Source: an uncultured Bacillota bacterium (GTDB taxonomy: Bacteria > Sysuimicrobiota > Sysuimicrobiia > Sysuimicrobiales > Segetimicrobiaceae). Taken from it: 64,000 nucleotides of DNA. Every line of letters begins with the position of its first letter. Position 1 is the stretch's first letter. Where the stretch lies: NCBI GenBank assembly GCA_963804645.1, contig CAWDRG010000019.1, positions 128,001 to 192,000 of the forward strand, in the 5' to 3' direction. Of this stretch, positions 37,273-46,719 are shown piece after piece. The notes under the pieces were generated by a model that saw nothing but the letters and a program-made list of their open reading frames with translations, made no database searches and was not told the DNA's origin. A program made the position numbers and the translations under genes.

Positions 37273-40200
37273 ATGGCCGTGCTCGAGAGACCTACGTGGG
37301 TGGTGGCGCCGTCCGACCCGGAGGCGCAGGCGCTGGCGCTCGCACTCGACGTTCCCCTGGCGGTCGCCGGGGTGCTGCGCCGCCGGGGTGCGACCACCCT
37401 CGAGGCCGCCCGGATCTTTCTGCACCCGTCGCTTGACGATCTCGCCGACCCCTCGGAGATTCCCGGCATGCCAGACGCGGTGGCGCGGCTCGCCCGCGCG
37501 CTCGACGCCGGGGAGCGCATCGCGGTGCACGGCGACTACGACGCGGATGGGATTACCGCGACGGCGATGCTGGTGCGCGCGCTGCGCGCGCTCGGCGCGG
37601 ACCCGCTCTGGTACCTGCCCCACCGCGTGCACGACGGGTACGGGCTCGGGGTGCGGGCGGTCGAGGGGCTGGCCGCGCGCGGGGCGCGCGTGCTCGTCGC
37701 GGTGGACTGCGGCATCACCGCGTTTGATGCGGTGTCGCGGGCCCGCGCGCTCGGCCTCGACGTCGTCGTCGTCGATCACCACACGCCCTCGTCCGAACTG
37801 CCGTCCGCTGTGGTCGTCGCCCCGGTCGGCGCCGCGGACGGCGCCGATCCGTGCGCGGCGGGGCTCGCGTTTTCTCTCGTGTGGGCGCTGCGGCGCCACC
37901 TCGGACGCACCCCGGCGGTGCCCGCCGACCTGGTCGCGCTCGCGGCCCTCGGCACCGTCACGGATGTTGTCCCGCTGCTCGGCGACAACCGCCGCCTCGT
38001 CGCCGCGGGCCTCGCCCAGCTGCGCGGCAGCCCGATCGCCGGGCTGCGGGCGCTGGTGGACGAGTCGACGGGAGAAGGCCCCGTCGAGGCGTGGCACCTC
38101 GGCTGGCAGCTCGGGCCGCGCCTCAACTCGGCCGGCCGCCTCGGCGATCCTTCACCGGCCCTGCACCTCCTCCTGACGGACGATCCGGTCGAAGCCCGGG
38201 ACCTCGCCCGCACGCTCAGCGACCTCAACCGCGAGCGGCAGACCGTGCTGGAGGCCGTGCTCGCGGAAGCGGCCGAGCAGGCGGCGGAGACCCCCGACGC
38301 GCCGGCGCTGGTGGTGGCTGGGGAGGCGTGGCATCCGGGCGTCGTTGGCCTGGTTGCGAGCCGCCTTGTCGAGCTGTACCGGCGTCCCGCGATCGCCGTG
38401 GCCCTGGCCGAGGGCGCCGGCCGCGGCTCGGCGCGGAGCGTCGAGGGGTTCAATCTGGTGGACGCGCTCGCGGCGTGCGGGCAGCACCTGACCGGTTTCG
38501 GCGGCCACGCGATGGCGGCGGGGCTGTCGATTGACGCGCAGGCGATCCCGGAGTTTCGCCGGGCCTTTCAGGCCGTGGCGGCCGCCGCGGTGCCGCCCTC
38601 GGCCGCCCGGCTTCACGTGGACGCGGAGCTTACCCTCGCCGAGGTGACCGTGCCGCTCGTCGCGGCGCTGGACCGGCTGGCGCCGTTCGGCGCGGGCAAT
38701 CCCCAGCCCGTGTTCGCGGTCCGGGGCGTGCGCGCGGTGACCCGGCGCCTCGTCGGCGGCGGCGTCCATCTCCGGATGGGCGTCACGGACGGCACGGTAT
38801 TCATGGAGACGATCGGATTTGCGATGGCGGGGTGGGGCGAGGTGCTGACCTTCACCGACGCCCTCGTCGATCTCGCATTCGTGCCCGAGTTCGATCGGTA
38901 CGAGGCCGGACGCGTCCGGCTCCGGCTGCGCGCGTTGGAGACACCGGGCGTGGACCCGCAGGCGCTGCTGGCCGACACCGGTTTGTTGGTCGACCGGTTG
39001 TTCCACCACGCGGACGAGTACGTCGCGGACGACCGCGACGCGCGCGGCGACGCGGCGGAGTTCTACACGAAAGTCGCCGGGGTGACGTTCGACGACCGCC
39101 AGGCGGTGCTCGCCACGCTGCGCGACGGCGACGCGCTCGTCCTGCGGCGCGAGCCCGCGAACACGCACGATCCGCACGCGGTGCGCGTGACGGCGGGGGA
39201 CGGCCGGATGGTGGGCTACTTGAGCGCGCGGCTCGCGGGGCGCGTCGCCCCGGCGATGGACGCCGGAGGGCGGTATCGCGCGACCGTCTCTCGGGTTACC
39301 GGCGGCGGAGATCGCACGCTCGGCCTCAACATCTTCGTCGAGCGCGCGGACGATGAGCCGGCGCGCCTCGGTGCCGCGGCGCGGGCAGCGTGGCGTGCGC
39401 TGGATCAGGACGGCGTCGCCGCGCGGCTGCCGATCTACGTCAACGGCGGACGGACGCTGCGGCCCGCGCTCGCGGAGGCGCTCGCGGAGGCCCGCCGTGG
39501 AGGGTCGCCCGTGCTGAGCCTGCCGCCCGCACGCGGGTGGGCTGCGGCGCTCGCCGGGGCCGCCGCCCAGGCGTCGACGGGAGACCGGGGCGCGCTCGTG
39601 ATCTGTCCGACGTGGCCGGACGTCGCGCACCGCACCGAGCAGCTGCGCGACCGGCTGGCGGCGATCGGCTTCCGCGTCGTGCCGGTGCACGGCATGATGG
39701 GCGTGGGTGAGCGGGACCACGCCGCGGCGGCGCTGCGGGCGGGGGACGCGGACGTGGTCGTCGCGAGCCTCGAGGCGGTGTGTGATGGGACGCTCGTGGG
39801 GCCATGGTCTGCCCGGGCGGGCATGATCGTGCTGGACGGCCTCTCCGCCGCGGATGCCGCGCTGCTGCCCGCGGACACGGCTGCGCGGCCGAGCTTCGCG
39901 GTCGCGGAGGCCGCGGAGGCGGCGGCGCTGGCGCGCGCGCGGCGTGGGGTGGTGCTGCTGCGGGACGATCCGCCGCGGCCGCTGATCCGGATCGACGACC
40001 GGCGGAACTCCGCGGGCCTGGACGCCGTGTTGGAGGAAGTGGCTCAGGCAGGCGAGAAAACCGTCGTTTATACTGCGACGGCCGACGCATGTGTGCGCGC
40101 GGCGGTGCGGCTTCGAGATCGTGCCGGCTCGCTCCGAGTCGGCTATCTGCATGCGGGGCTGCCGGCCCGGCTTCGGCAGGTCGTGGCGGGAGCGTTCCAG

Positions 40201-40770
40201 GAGGGACGGCTCGGGATGCTGGTGACGACGGCGCTGGACGAGGAGGCCCTGCCGGCGGATCTGCGCCGGGCGGTGCTGGCGTCGTTCCCGGCGGACCGGC
40301 GGGCGCTGTTCGCGGCCTGCGGCACCGTGGGGCTCGACCGGCGTCCGTCGACCGTTACGCTCGCGTTTGGCGCGGAGGACGGCGCGGCGCGCCGCCGCGA
40401 GATGGAAGGGCGCGCGCCCAGCCGGGACCTGCTGGTGCAGCTCTACCGCGCGCTCAAGGCGTGGCGGGGGGAGCTGCCGTTCCCGTGGCCGGACGACGAA
40501 ACCTGGACGCGCGTGCGGGCCGCGGCGCCGGGCGCGACGGTACCGTCCGTGGACGCGGCGTGCGCGATCTTCGAGGAAGTCGGGCTGGCGGCGCGGGAGG
40601 GCACCGCGGGCGGGTGGCAGGTGCGCCTCGTCCCGGCCGATGGGCGGCGGGACCTGCGCGCCTCGCTGCGGTTTCGCGAGGGCGTGCGGGAGCGGGACGC
40701 GTTCGAGGCATGCGCGGGGTGGGTCGAGCGCGCGCCGGCCGCGGAGATCCAGCGGGCGGTGTCGTCGTGA
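37273..40770 (+). CDS. recJ: ssDNA exonuclease RecJ fused to HIRAN and degenerate SF2 helicase domains
   Basis: GDYDADG, DCG, DHH, PRLNSAGRL, RGSARS, GGHAMAAG and PFGAGNP, followed by about 600 extra residues. Confidence 0.93.
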   Translation: MAVLERPTWVVAPSDPEAQALALALDVPLAVAGVLRRRGATTLEAARIFLHPSLDDLADPSEIPGMPDAVARLARALDAGERIAVHGDYDADGITATAMLVRALRALGADPLWYLPHRVHDGYGLGVRAVEGLAARGARVLVAVDCGITAFDAVSRARALGLDVVVVDHHTPSSELPSAVVVAPVGAADGADPCAAGLAFSLVWALRRHLGRTPAVPADLVALAALGTVTDVVPLLGDNRRLVAAGLAQLRGSPIAGLRALVDESTGEGPVEAWHLGWQLGPRLNSAGRLGDPSPALHLLLTDDPVEARDLARTLSDLNRERQTVLEAVLAEAAEQAAETPDAPALVVAGEAWHPGVVGLVASRLVELYRRPAIAVALAEGAGRGSARSVEGFNLVDALAACGQHLTGFGGHAMAAGLSIDAQAIPEFRRAFQAVAAAAVPPSAARLHVDAELTLAEVTVPLVAALDRLAPFGAGNPQPVFAVRGVRAVTRRLVGGGVHLRMGVTDGTVFMETIGFAMAGWGEVLTFTDALVDLAFVPEFDRYEAGRVRLRLRALETPGVDPQALLADTGLLVDRLFHHADEYVADDRDARGDAAEFYTKVAGVTFDDRQAVLATLRDGDALVLRREPANTHDPHAVRVTAGDGRMVGYLSARLAGRVAPAMDAGGRYRATVSRVTGGGDRTLGLNIFVERADDEPARLGAAARAAWRALDQDGVAARLPIYVNGGRTLRPALAEALAEARRGGSPVLSLPPARGWAAALAGAAAQASTGDRGALVICPTWPDVAHRTEQLRDRLAAIGFRVVPVHGMMGVGERDHAAAALRAGDADVVVASLEAVCDGTLVGPWSARAGMIVLDGLSAADAALLPADTAARPSFAVAEAAEAAALARARRGVVLLRDDPPRPLIRIDDRRNSAGLDAVLEEVAQAGEKTVVYTATADACVRAAVRLRDRAGSLRVGYLHAGLPARLRQVVAGAFQEGRLGMLVTTALDEEALPADLRRAVLASFPADRRALFAACGTVGLDRRPSTVTLAFGAEDGAARRREMEGRAPSRDLLVQLYRALKAWRGELPFPWPDDETWTRVRAAAPGATVPSVDAACAIFEEVGLAAREGTAGGWQVRLVPADGRRDLRASLRFREGVRERDAFEACAGWVERAPAAEIQRAVSS

Positions 40771-40789
40771 CGCCGCATCAGGAGAGGCG

Positions 40790-43060
40790 ATGAGCGTCGA
40801 GCAGCCGGGCGGAGTCAAGCCGGGAAAGGCCGCGGAGATGGTCGGCGGCGCGATGAAGCGGCTGCACCTGGTGCGCCCAAGCGCCGAGGCGCCGCTCGCG
40901 CCGGAGGCCGGCGCCCTGCTCGAGCACGTCCGCGAGCTGATCCCCACCGCCGATCGGGACCTGATTCGCCGCGCGTATCTGTTTGCCGAGGAGGCGCACG
41001 CGGGACAGACGCGCGCGTCCGGCGAGCCGTACGTCAACCACAGCGTCGCGGTCGCCGACGTCCTGGTCGGGCTGCGCCTCGACGCGGCGACGATCGCGGC
41101 CGCGCTGCTGCACGACGTCCCGGAGGACACGTCGCACACGATCGACGAGGTCCGCGACAAGTTTGGTGCCGAGATCGCGGGGCTGGTCGACGGGGTGACG
41201 AAGCTCGGCCGCATCGAATGGAAGTCCCGGGAGGAGCGCCAGGCGGAGAACCTCCGGAAGATGTTCCTCGCGATGGCGAGCGATATCCGGATCATCCTGA
41301 TCAAGCTCGCCGACCGCGTGCACAACATGCGGACGATCGAAGCGCTCCCCGAGTGGAAGCAGAAGCGCACGGCCCGCGAGACCCTCGAGATCTACGCCCC
41401 CCTGACCGAGCGGCTCGGCATCGGCAGCATCAAGCGCGAACTCGAGGACCTGTCGTTTCGCGTGCTGGAGCCGGCGGCGTACCAGGAGATCGCCGGGGAG
41501 ATCGAGCGCGACAACCAGGAGCAGCAGGCGCTGCTGGCGCGGGCCGCCGACGCCCTCCACGCCGAACTGAACCGGTCCGGCATCAAGGTCGACCGTGGGG
41601 CGATCACCGGGCGTCCGAAGCACGTCTACAGCATCTATCAGAAGATGCAGCGCCCGAAGTACCAGGGCCAGGGCGTCGGACGCATCTACGACCGGCTGGC
41701 GGTGCGCGTCATCGTCAACGACGTTGGGGAGTGCTACCAGGCGTTTGGGATCGTGCACGCGCTGTGGAAGCCAATCCCCGGCGAGGTCGACGACTACATC
41801 GCGAACCCGAAGACGAGTGGCTACCAGTCGCTGCACACCGCGGTGCTCTACGAGGGGCAGCCGCTCGAGATTCAGATTCGAACCCAGCCCATGCACCGGG
41901 TCGCCGAGCACGGGATCGCCGCCCACTGGCGCTACAAGGAGGGCGGTCCGAAGACCGAGGCCGCGTTCGAGCAGAAGCTGTCGTGGCTGCGCCAGCTCCT
42001 GGAGTGGCACCAGGAGGTGCAGGACGCGCGGGAGTTCATGCACTCGGTCAAGATCGATCTGTTCCAGAACGAGGTCTTCGTGTTTACGCCGAAGGGCGAC
42101 ATCGTCGACCTGCCGGCCGGCGCGACGCCGGTGGACTTCGCGTTTCGGATCCACACCGACGTCGGCTACCACACGACCGGGGCGCGCGTGAACGGGCGGC
42201 TCGTGCCGCTCAGCCACGTGCTGCATTCGGGGGACATCGTCGAGGTCCAGACGAGCAAGCAGAGCGCCGGCCCGAGCCGCGACTGGGTCGCGTTCGTCCA
42301 GACCAGCAACGCGCGGACGAAGATCCGGCAGTGGTTCAAGCGGGAGCGGCGGGACGAGAACATCACGCGCGGCAAGGAGTTGCTCGAACGGGAGCTGCGG
42401 CGCGGCGGCAGCGTTGCGGCGTTCATGAAGCCGGAGCGACTGCGGGAGATCGCGCCGCGGTTCGGCCTCCCGAACGAGGACGAGCTGTACGCGGCGCTCG
42501 GCAACGGCGACGTCTCGCTGCTGCAGGTCGTGCAGGGCCTCCGCGGCGAGCCGGCCGCGGCGGAGCCCGAGCCCGTCCCGCCGCCGACGACGCCGGCGCC
42601 GCCGTCGGCGGCCCGGGGCATCCACGTCCGCGGCGTTGAAAATGTCCTGATGCGGCTCGGCCGGTGCTGCAGCCCGCTGCCGGGCGACCGCGTCGTGGGC
42701 TACATCACCCGGGGCCGGGGCGTCAGCATCCACCGCGCGGACTGTCCGAACATCCAGTTCCTGCGCGCCCAGCCCGAGCGCATGCTCGACGTCGAGTGGG
42801 ACGCGTCGCCGGACGGCACGTATCAGGTCGAACTGGAGGTCGAGGCGCTCGACCGCGTCGGGATGCTTAAGGACATCCTCGCGGCGATCAGCGAGACCAA
42901 GACCAACCTCGTGTCGCTCAACGCGCGCGTACGGAAGGACAAGGTCGCCGTGATCGACATCATCGCCGACATCGCGAACGTGGCGCAGTTGACGGGATTG
43001 ATGCACCGCATCGGACGGGTGAAAGACGTCTACAACGTCGAACGCGTCGTGCCGCACTGA
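40790..43060 (+). CDS. rel: Long RelA/SpoT homolog, (p)ppGpp synthetase/hydrolase
   Basis: HAGQ.R.SGEPY, LLHDVPEDT, KLADRVHNMRT, YQSLHT, TGS domain, CC.P.PGD and ACT domain. Confidence 0.97.
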   Translation: MSVEQPGGVKPGKAAEMVGGAMKRLHLVRPSAEAPLAPEAGALLEHVRELIPTADRDLIRRAYLFAEEAHAGQTRASGEPYVNHSVAVADVLVGLRLDAATIAAALLHDVPEDTSHTIDEVRDKFGAEIAGLVDGVTKLGRIEWKSREERQAENLRKMFLAMASDIRIILIKLADRVHNMRTIEALPEWKQKRTARETLEIYAPLTERLGIGSIKRELEDLSFRVLEPAAYQEIAGEIERDNQEQQALLARAADALHAELNRSGIKVDRGAITGRPKHVYSIYQKMQRPKYQGQGVGRIYDRLAVRVIVNDVGECYQAFGIVHALWKPIPGEVDDYIANPKTSGYQSLHTAVLYEGQPLEIQIRTQPMHRVAEHGIAAHWRYKEGGPKTEAAFEQKLSWLRQLLEWHQEVQDAREFMHSVKIDLFQNEVFVFTPKGDIVDLPAGATPVDFAFRIHTDVGYHTTGARVNGRLVPLSHVLHSGDIVEVQTSKQSAGPSRDWVAFVQTSNARTKIRQWFKRERRDENITRGKELLERELRRGGSVAAFMKPERLREIAPRFGLPNEDELYAALGNGDVSLLQVVQGLRGEPAAAEPEPVPPPTTPAPPSAARGIHVRGVENVLMRLGRCCSPLPGDRVVGYITRGRGVSIHRADCPNIQFLRAQPERMLDVEWDASPDGTYQVELEVEALDRVGMLKDILAAISETKTNLVSLNARVRKDKVAVIDIIADIANVAQLTGLMHRIGRVKDVYNVERVVPH

Positions 43061-43100
43061 CGCGCGGCGCGGCACACACGACCAACTAAGGGGGACCACG

Positions 43101-44303
43101 ATGATCCGAACGGCCTCGCGGGTGTCGCTGTTTACCGAATCGGTGATCCGGGAGATGACGCGCCTCGCGATGGAGCACGACGCCGTCAATTTGGCCCAGG
43201 GGTTTCCAGACTTTCCGGCCCCCGCCGAGCTGCTGGAGGCGGCCTCCCGTGCGCTCAGGGAAGGGTACAACCAGTACGCGATCACGTGGGGCTCGCCGAA
43301 CCTGCGTCAGGCGATCGCGGAGAAGGTCCGGTGGTTCAATGGCATCGAGGCCGACCCGGAGAAGAACATCACCGTGACCTGCGGGGCGACCGAGGCGATG
43401 ATCGCGACGCTGCTCGCGACCGTGGACCCCGGCGACGAGGTGATCGTGTTCGAGCCGTTCTACGAGAACTACGGGGTGGACACGCTCATGTCCGGCGCGG
43501 TGCCGCGGTACATCCCGCTGCGCCTCGAGCCGGGGTTTCCGTTCGACGCGGACGCGCTGCGGGACGCGGTCGGGCCGCGGACGAAGGCGATCATCGTGAC
43601 GACCCCGCACAATCCCACCGGGAAGGTGTTCACGCGGGCGGAGCTCGAGCTGATCGCCGACCTCTGCCGGCGCCACAACCTGCTCGCGGTCACGGACGAG
43701 GTCTATGAGCACATCATCTACGACGGGTGCGAGCATCTGAGCATTGCCTCGCTGCCGGGTATGGCCGAGCGCACGGTGACCGTGAACAGCTCGTCCAAGA
43801 GCTACGGCGTGACCGGCTGGCGTGTCGGGTGGACGATCGCCCCCGCGGAGATCGCGAACGGCATTCGCAAGGTCCATGACTTCCTGACCGTCGGGGCGGC
43901 CGCGCCCCTGCAGGAAGCGGTGGCGACCGCGCTGCGCTTTTCCCGCGCCTACTACACGGAACTCGGGGCGATGTATCAGCAGAAGCGCAACACGCTCCTC
44001 GAGATGCTGCGCACCGCCGGCTTCAAGTGTGTCACCCCGTCCGGGGCGTACTATATTATGTGCGATATCACCCCGTTCGGCTTCGCGAACGACGTGGAGT
44101 TTACCACCCACATGATCGAGCACGTCGGGGTGGCCCCGGTGCCCGGGTCGTCGTTCTACAGCGAGCCCGCTGACGGCCGGCGCTACGTGCGGTTCGCATT
44201 TCCGAAGCGCGACGAAACGTTTGCCGAGGTCCGCACCCGGCTCGCGCGGCTGCGGGTCTCGCCGCGCGCCGGCACCACGTCGGGCCGCCCGCCCGCCCGA
44301 TGA
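43101..44303 (+). CDS. PLP-dependent aminotransferase class I/II
   Basis: NLAQGFPDF, PHNPTGK, DEVYEH and SKSYGVTGWRVG. Confidence 0.92.
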   Translation: MIRTASRVSLFTESVIREMTRLAMEHDAVNLAQGFPDFPAPAELLEAASRALREGYNQYAITWGSPNLRQAIAEKVRWFNGIEADPEKNITVTCGATEAMIATLLATVDPGDEVIVFEPFYENYGVDTLMSGAVPRYIPLRLEPGFPFDADALRDAVGPRTKAIIVTTPHNPTGKVFTRAELELIADLCRRHNLLAVTDEVYEHIIYDGCEHLSIASLPGMAERTVTVNSSSKSYGVTGWRVGWTIAPAEIANGIRKVHDFLTVGAAAPLQEAVATALRFSRAYYTELGAMYQQKRNTLLEMLRTAGFKCVTPSGAYYIMCDITPFGFANDVEFTTHMIEHVGVAPVPGSSFYSEPADGRRYVRFAFPKRDETFAEVRTRLARLRVSPRAGTTSGRPPAR

Positions 44304-45475
44304 GCGTCCCGGTCCGGCCCGACGTGCGGGCGGAGGTCCGGTCCTGGGAATCCTACCGGGCCGAGTTCCCGGTGTTCCAGCGGGCGACGTACTTCAACAC
44401 CTGCTCCCTCGGTGCGCTCGGGACCCGGGTCCGGCGGGCGGTGACCCAGTTCTTGGAGTTGTGGGACGAACGCGGGGCGTCGGCCTGGTACGGTCCGTGG
44501 GGGCAGGAGCTCGATGCGCTGCGCGCCTCGGTGGCGCGCCTCTTCGGCGCGGAGGAGTCCGAGATCGCGCTCGCGCCGTCCGTCAGCGGGGCGCTCGCGG
44601 CCGTCGCGAGCTGCTTCGACTACCGGCAGCGCCCGCGCATCGTGGTTGCGGAGATCGATTTCCCCACGATCGCCTACCAGTGGCTGGCGCGCGCGGCGGA
44701 GGGCGCGGAAGTCGTGTTCGTGCGCAGTCCGGACGGGCTGGGCGTCCCCCTCGAGGCGTTCGAGGCGGCGATCGACGAGCGGACCCAGCTCGTCGCCACG
44801 TCGCACGTCTTTTTTCAGAGCGGCGTCGTGCAGGATCTCGGGGCGCTCGCGCGCCTCGCCCACGCGCGGGGTGCGCATCTCTTGGTGGACGCGTACCAGG
44901 GCGCGGGCCAGGTGCCGATCGACGTGCACGCCGTCGGCGCGGACTTTGTGATCGCCGGGGGCCTCAAGTGGCTGCTCGGCGGTCCGGGGATCGCCTACCT
45001 CTACGCCCGCGGGGACCTCGTGCCCGGGCTGCGCCCGGCGGTGTCCGGCTGGTTTGCGCACCGCCGCCAGTTCGCGTTCGATACCACGCACTTCGAGTTG
45101 GCCGACGGCGCGCGGCGGCTGGAATCCGGGACGCCGTCGGTCGCGGCCGTCTACGCCGCCCGGGCCGGGCTCGAGTACGTGCACGAGATCGGCGTCGAGC
45201 GGATCCGCACGCGCCAAGTCGAGCTGGTCACGGCCCTCGCCGACGGGCTCGCGGCGTCGGGGCTACGTCCCCGCGTGCGCGGAAGGGCCCAGGACCACGC
45301 CGGGATTGTGACGGTCCCGGTCCCGGACCCGCCGGCCGCGGTCGCGGCGCTCGCGCGGGACGGCATCATCATCGACTCGCGGCCCGGCGTCATCCGGCTT
45401 TCCCCGTACTTCTATAACACGACCGAGGATATCGACCGGACGCTGGCCGCCCTGCGGCGCCACCTCCGGCCGTAG
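44300..45475 (+). CDS. PLP-dependent class V enzyme (kynureninase-like)
   Basis: SHV.F.SG, DAYQGAG, KWLLGGPG, GWFAH, ESGTP and RLSPYFYN. Confidence 0.8.
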   Translation: MSVPVRPDVRAEVRSWESYRAEFPVFQRATYFNTCSLGALGTRVRRAVTQFLELWDERGASAWYGPWGQELDALRASVARLFGAEESEIALAPSVSGALAAVASCFDYRQRPRIVVAEIDFPTIAYQWLARAAEGAEVVFVRSPDGLGVPLEAFEAAIDERTQLVATSHVFFQSGVVQDLGALARLAHARGAHLLVDAYQGAGQVPIDVHAVGADFVIAGGLKWLLGGPGIAYLYARGDLVPGLRPAVSGWFAHRRQFAFDTTHFELADGARRLESGTPSVAAVYAARAGLEYVHEIGVERIRTRQVELVTALADGLAASGLRPRVRGRAQDHAGIVTVPVPDPPAAVAALARDGIIIDSRPGVIRLSPYFYNTTEDIDRTLAALRRHLRP

Positions 45476-45604
45476 CGTCGACAGGGCCGAACTCGGAGCC
45501 GGGTGGCGCTTCCGGGGCCCGCGTTGCGTTTGCCGCGGGCGCGGTTCTCTTGGTACGCTCTAGCCGGTCCAGTGCCTCGATTCGTCGGAGGTGTCGGCGC
45601 CGCG

Positions 45605-46081
45605 ATGCGGGCCCTCGTGCAGCGCGTTCGCCGTGCCGCGGTCTATCTCGTCGATGAGGCCGGCGGTGGGGAGCCCGCGGCCGCGCCGCTCGGGCGGGTG
45701 GACGGCGGTCTCGTGGTGTTGCTCGGCGTGCGGCTCGGCGACGCCCCGCAGGACGCCGACGCGCTGGCCGACCGGGTCGTCGGGCTGCGCATCTTCGCGG
45801 ATGACGCCGGGCGGATGAACCGGTCGATTCAGGATGTGGGAGGCGCGGTGCTGAGCATTCCCCAGTTCACGCTGTACGCGGACACTGCGCGGGGACGGCG
45901 GCCGAGCTTCACCGACGCGGCGCCCCCGGAGATCGCGGAGCCGCTGTACCGTCGGTTCAACGCGCGGATCGCGTCCGCCGGGGTGCCGGTCGTGCCCGGG
46001 CGCTTTCGCGCGCACATGGTCGTCGAGATCCACAACGACGGCCCGGTGACGGTCCTGCTTGAGGCGCCGGGACCGCCATGA
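45605..46081 (+). CDS. dtd: D-aminoacyl-tRNA deacylase
   Basis: MRALVQRV, LRIF.D..G.MN.S, QFTL and NDGPVT. Confidence 0.95.
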   Translation: MRALVQRVRRAAVYLVDEAGGGEPAAAPLGRVDGGLVVLLGVRLGDAPQDADALADRVVGLRIFADDAGRMNRSIQDVGGAVLSIPQFTLYADTARGRRPSFTDAAPPEIAEPLYRRFNARIASAGVPVVPGRFRAHMVVEIHNDGPVTVLLEAPGPP

Positions 46082-46716
46082 GCGGGCAGCCCGGATTCTG
46101 GGAGCTCGTGGTGGCGGGGATCGCGGTCGGCGGGACGGCGGTGTGGGGCGTGGCGGCGGCCGCCCGCGTCGGTCTGCTCCGCATGCTGCTGGACGTGTTC
46201 CCCCCATCGACGTGGGACACGGTGACGTGGGGGCTGATTCCGCTCGTTCTGCTGGTGCCGCCGCTCCTGCAGGGCGGGGTGCTCGCCTGGCTCTCTGGCC
46301 GCCGGCCAAGGCCGGTCTGGCGGGCGGTCGTCGGCAGCGTGCTCGGGACGCTCGTGGCCATGGCCGTGTTTGGCGCCACGCTGCTGGTCGGGCTGCATCA
46401 CCTGCCGCCCCGCACGCTCGCGGTGGTGGTCAAAACGGCCCCCGACGTGCTGATCATTCTCTTCATCCTGCTGATCGTCGCGGGATGGCTGCTGGTGATT
46501 GCGCGCGCGGCCCGGCGGGCCGACCTGGGCCGCGTCGCCGTCCTGGCGGTGGCGGTCGCGGTGGCGGTCGCGTGGCAGCGCGACCACGGCCAGATCGTGG
46601 CGCTGAGCTACGTGCTCGACCGGCCGGAGGCGAACGGATTCTTCGCGTCGGTCGCGGTCGGCGGAGCGCTCGGCACCGTGTGGGCGGTCCGGCGGGTGCG
46701 CGGGGAGGCGGTGTAG
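46078..46716 (+). CDS. Hypothetical polytopic membrane protein
   Basis: About six hydrophobic helices; ATGA-coupled to dtd and ends 3 nt before hisS. Confidence 0.7.
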   Translation: MSGQPGFWELVVAGIAVGGTAVWGVAAAARVGLLRMLLDVFPPSTWDTVTWGLIPLVLLVPPLLQGGVLAWLSGRRPRPVWRAVVGSVLGTLVAMAVFGATLLVGLHHLPPRTLAVVVKTAPDVLIILFILLIVAGWLLVIARAARRADLGRVAVLAVAVAVAVAWQRDHGQIVALSYVLDRPEANGFFASVAVGGALGTVWAVRRVRGEAV

Positions 46717-46719
46717 GGC

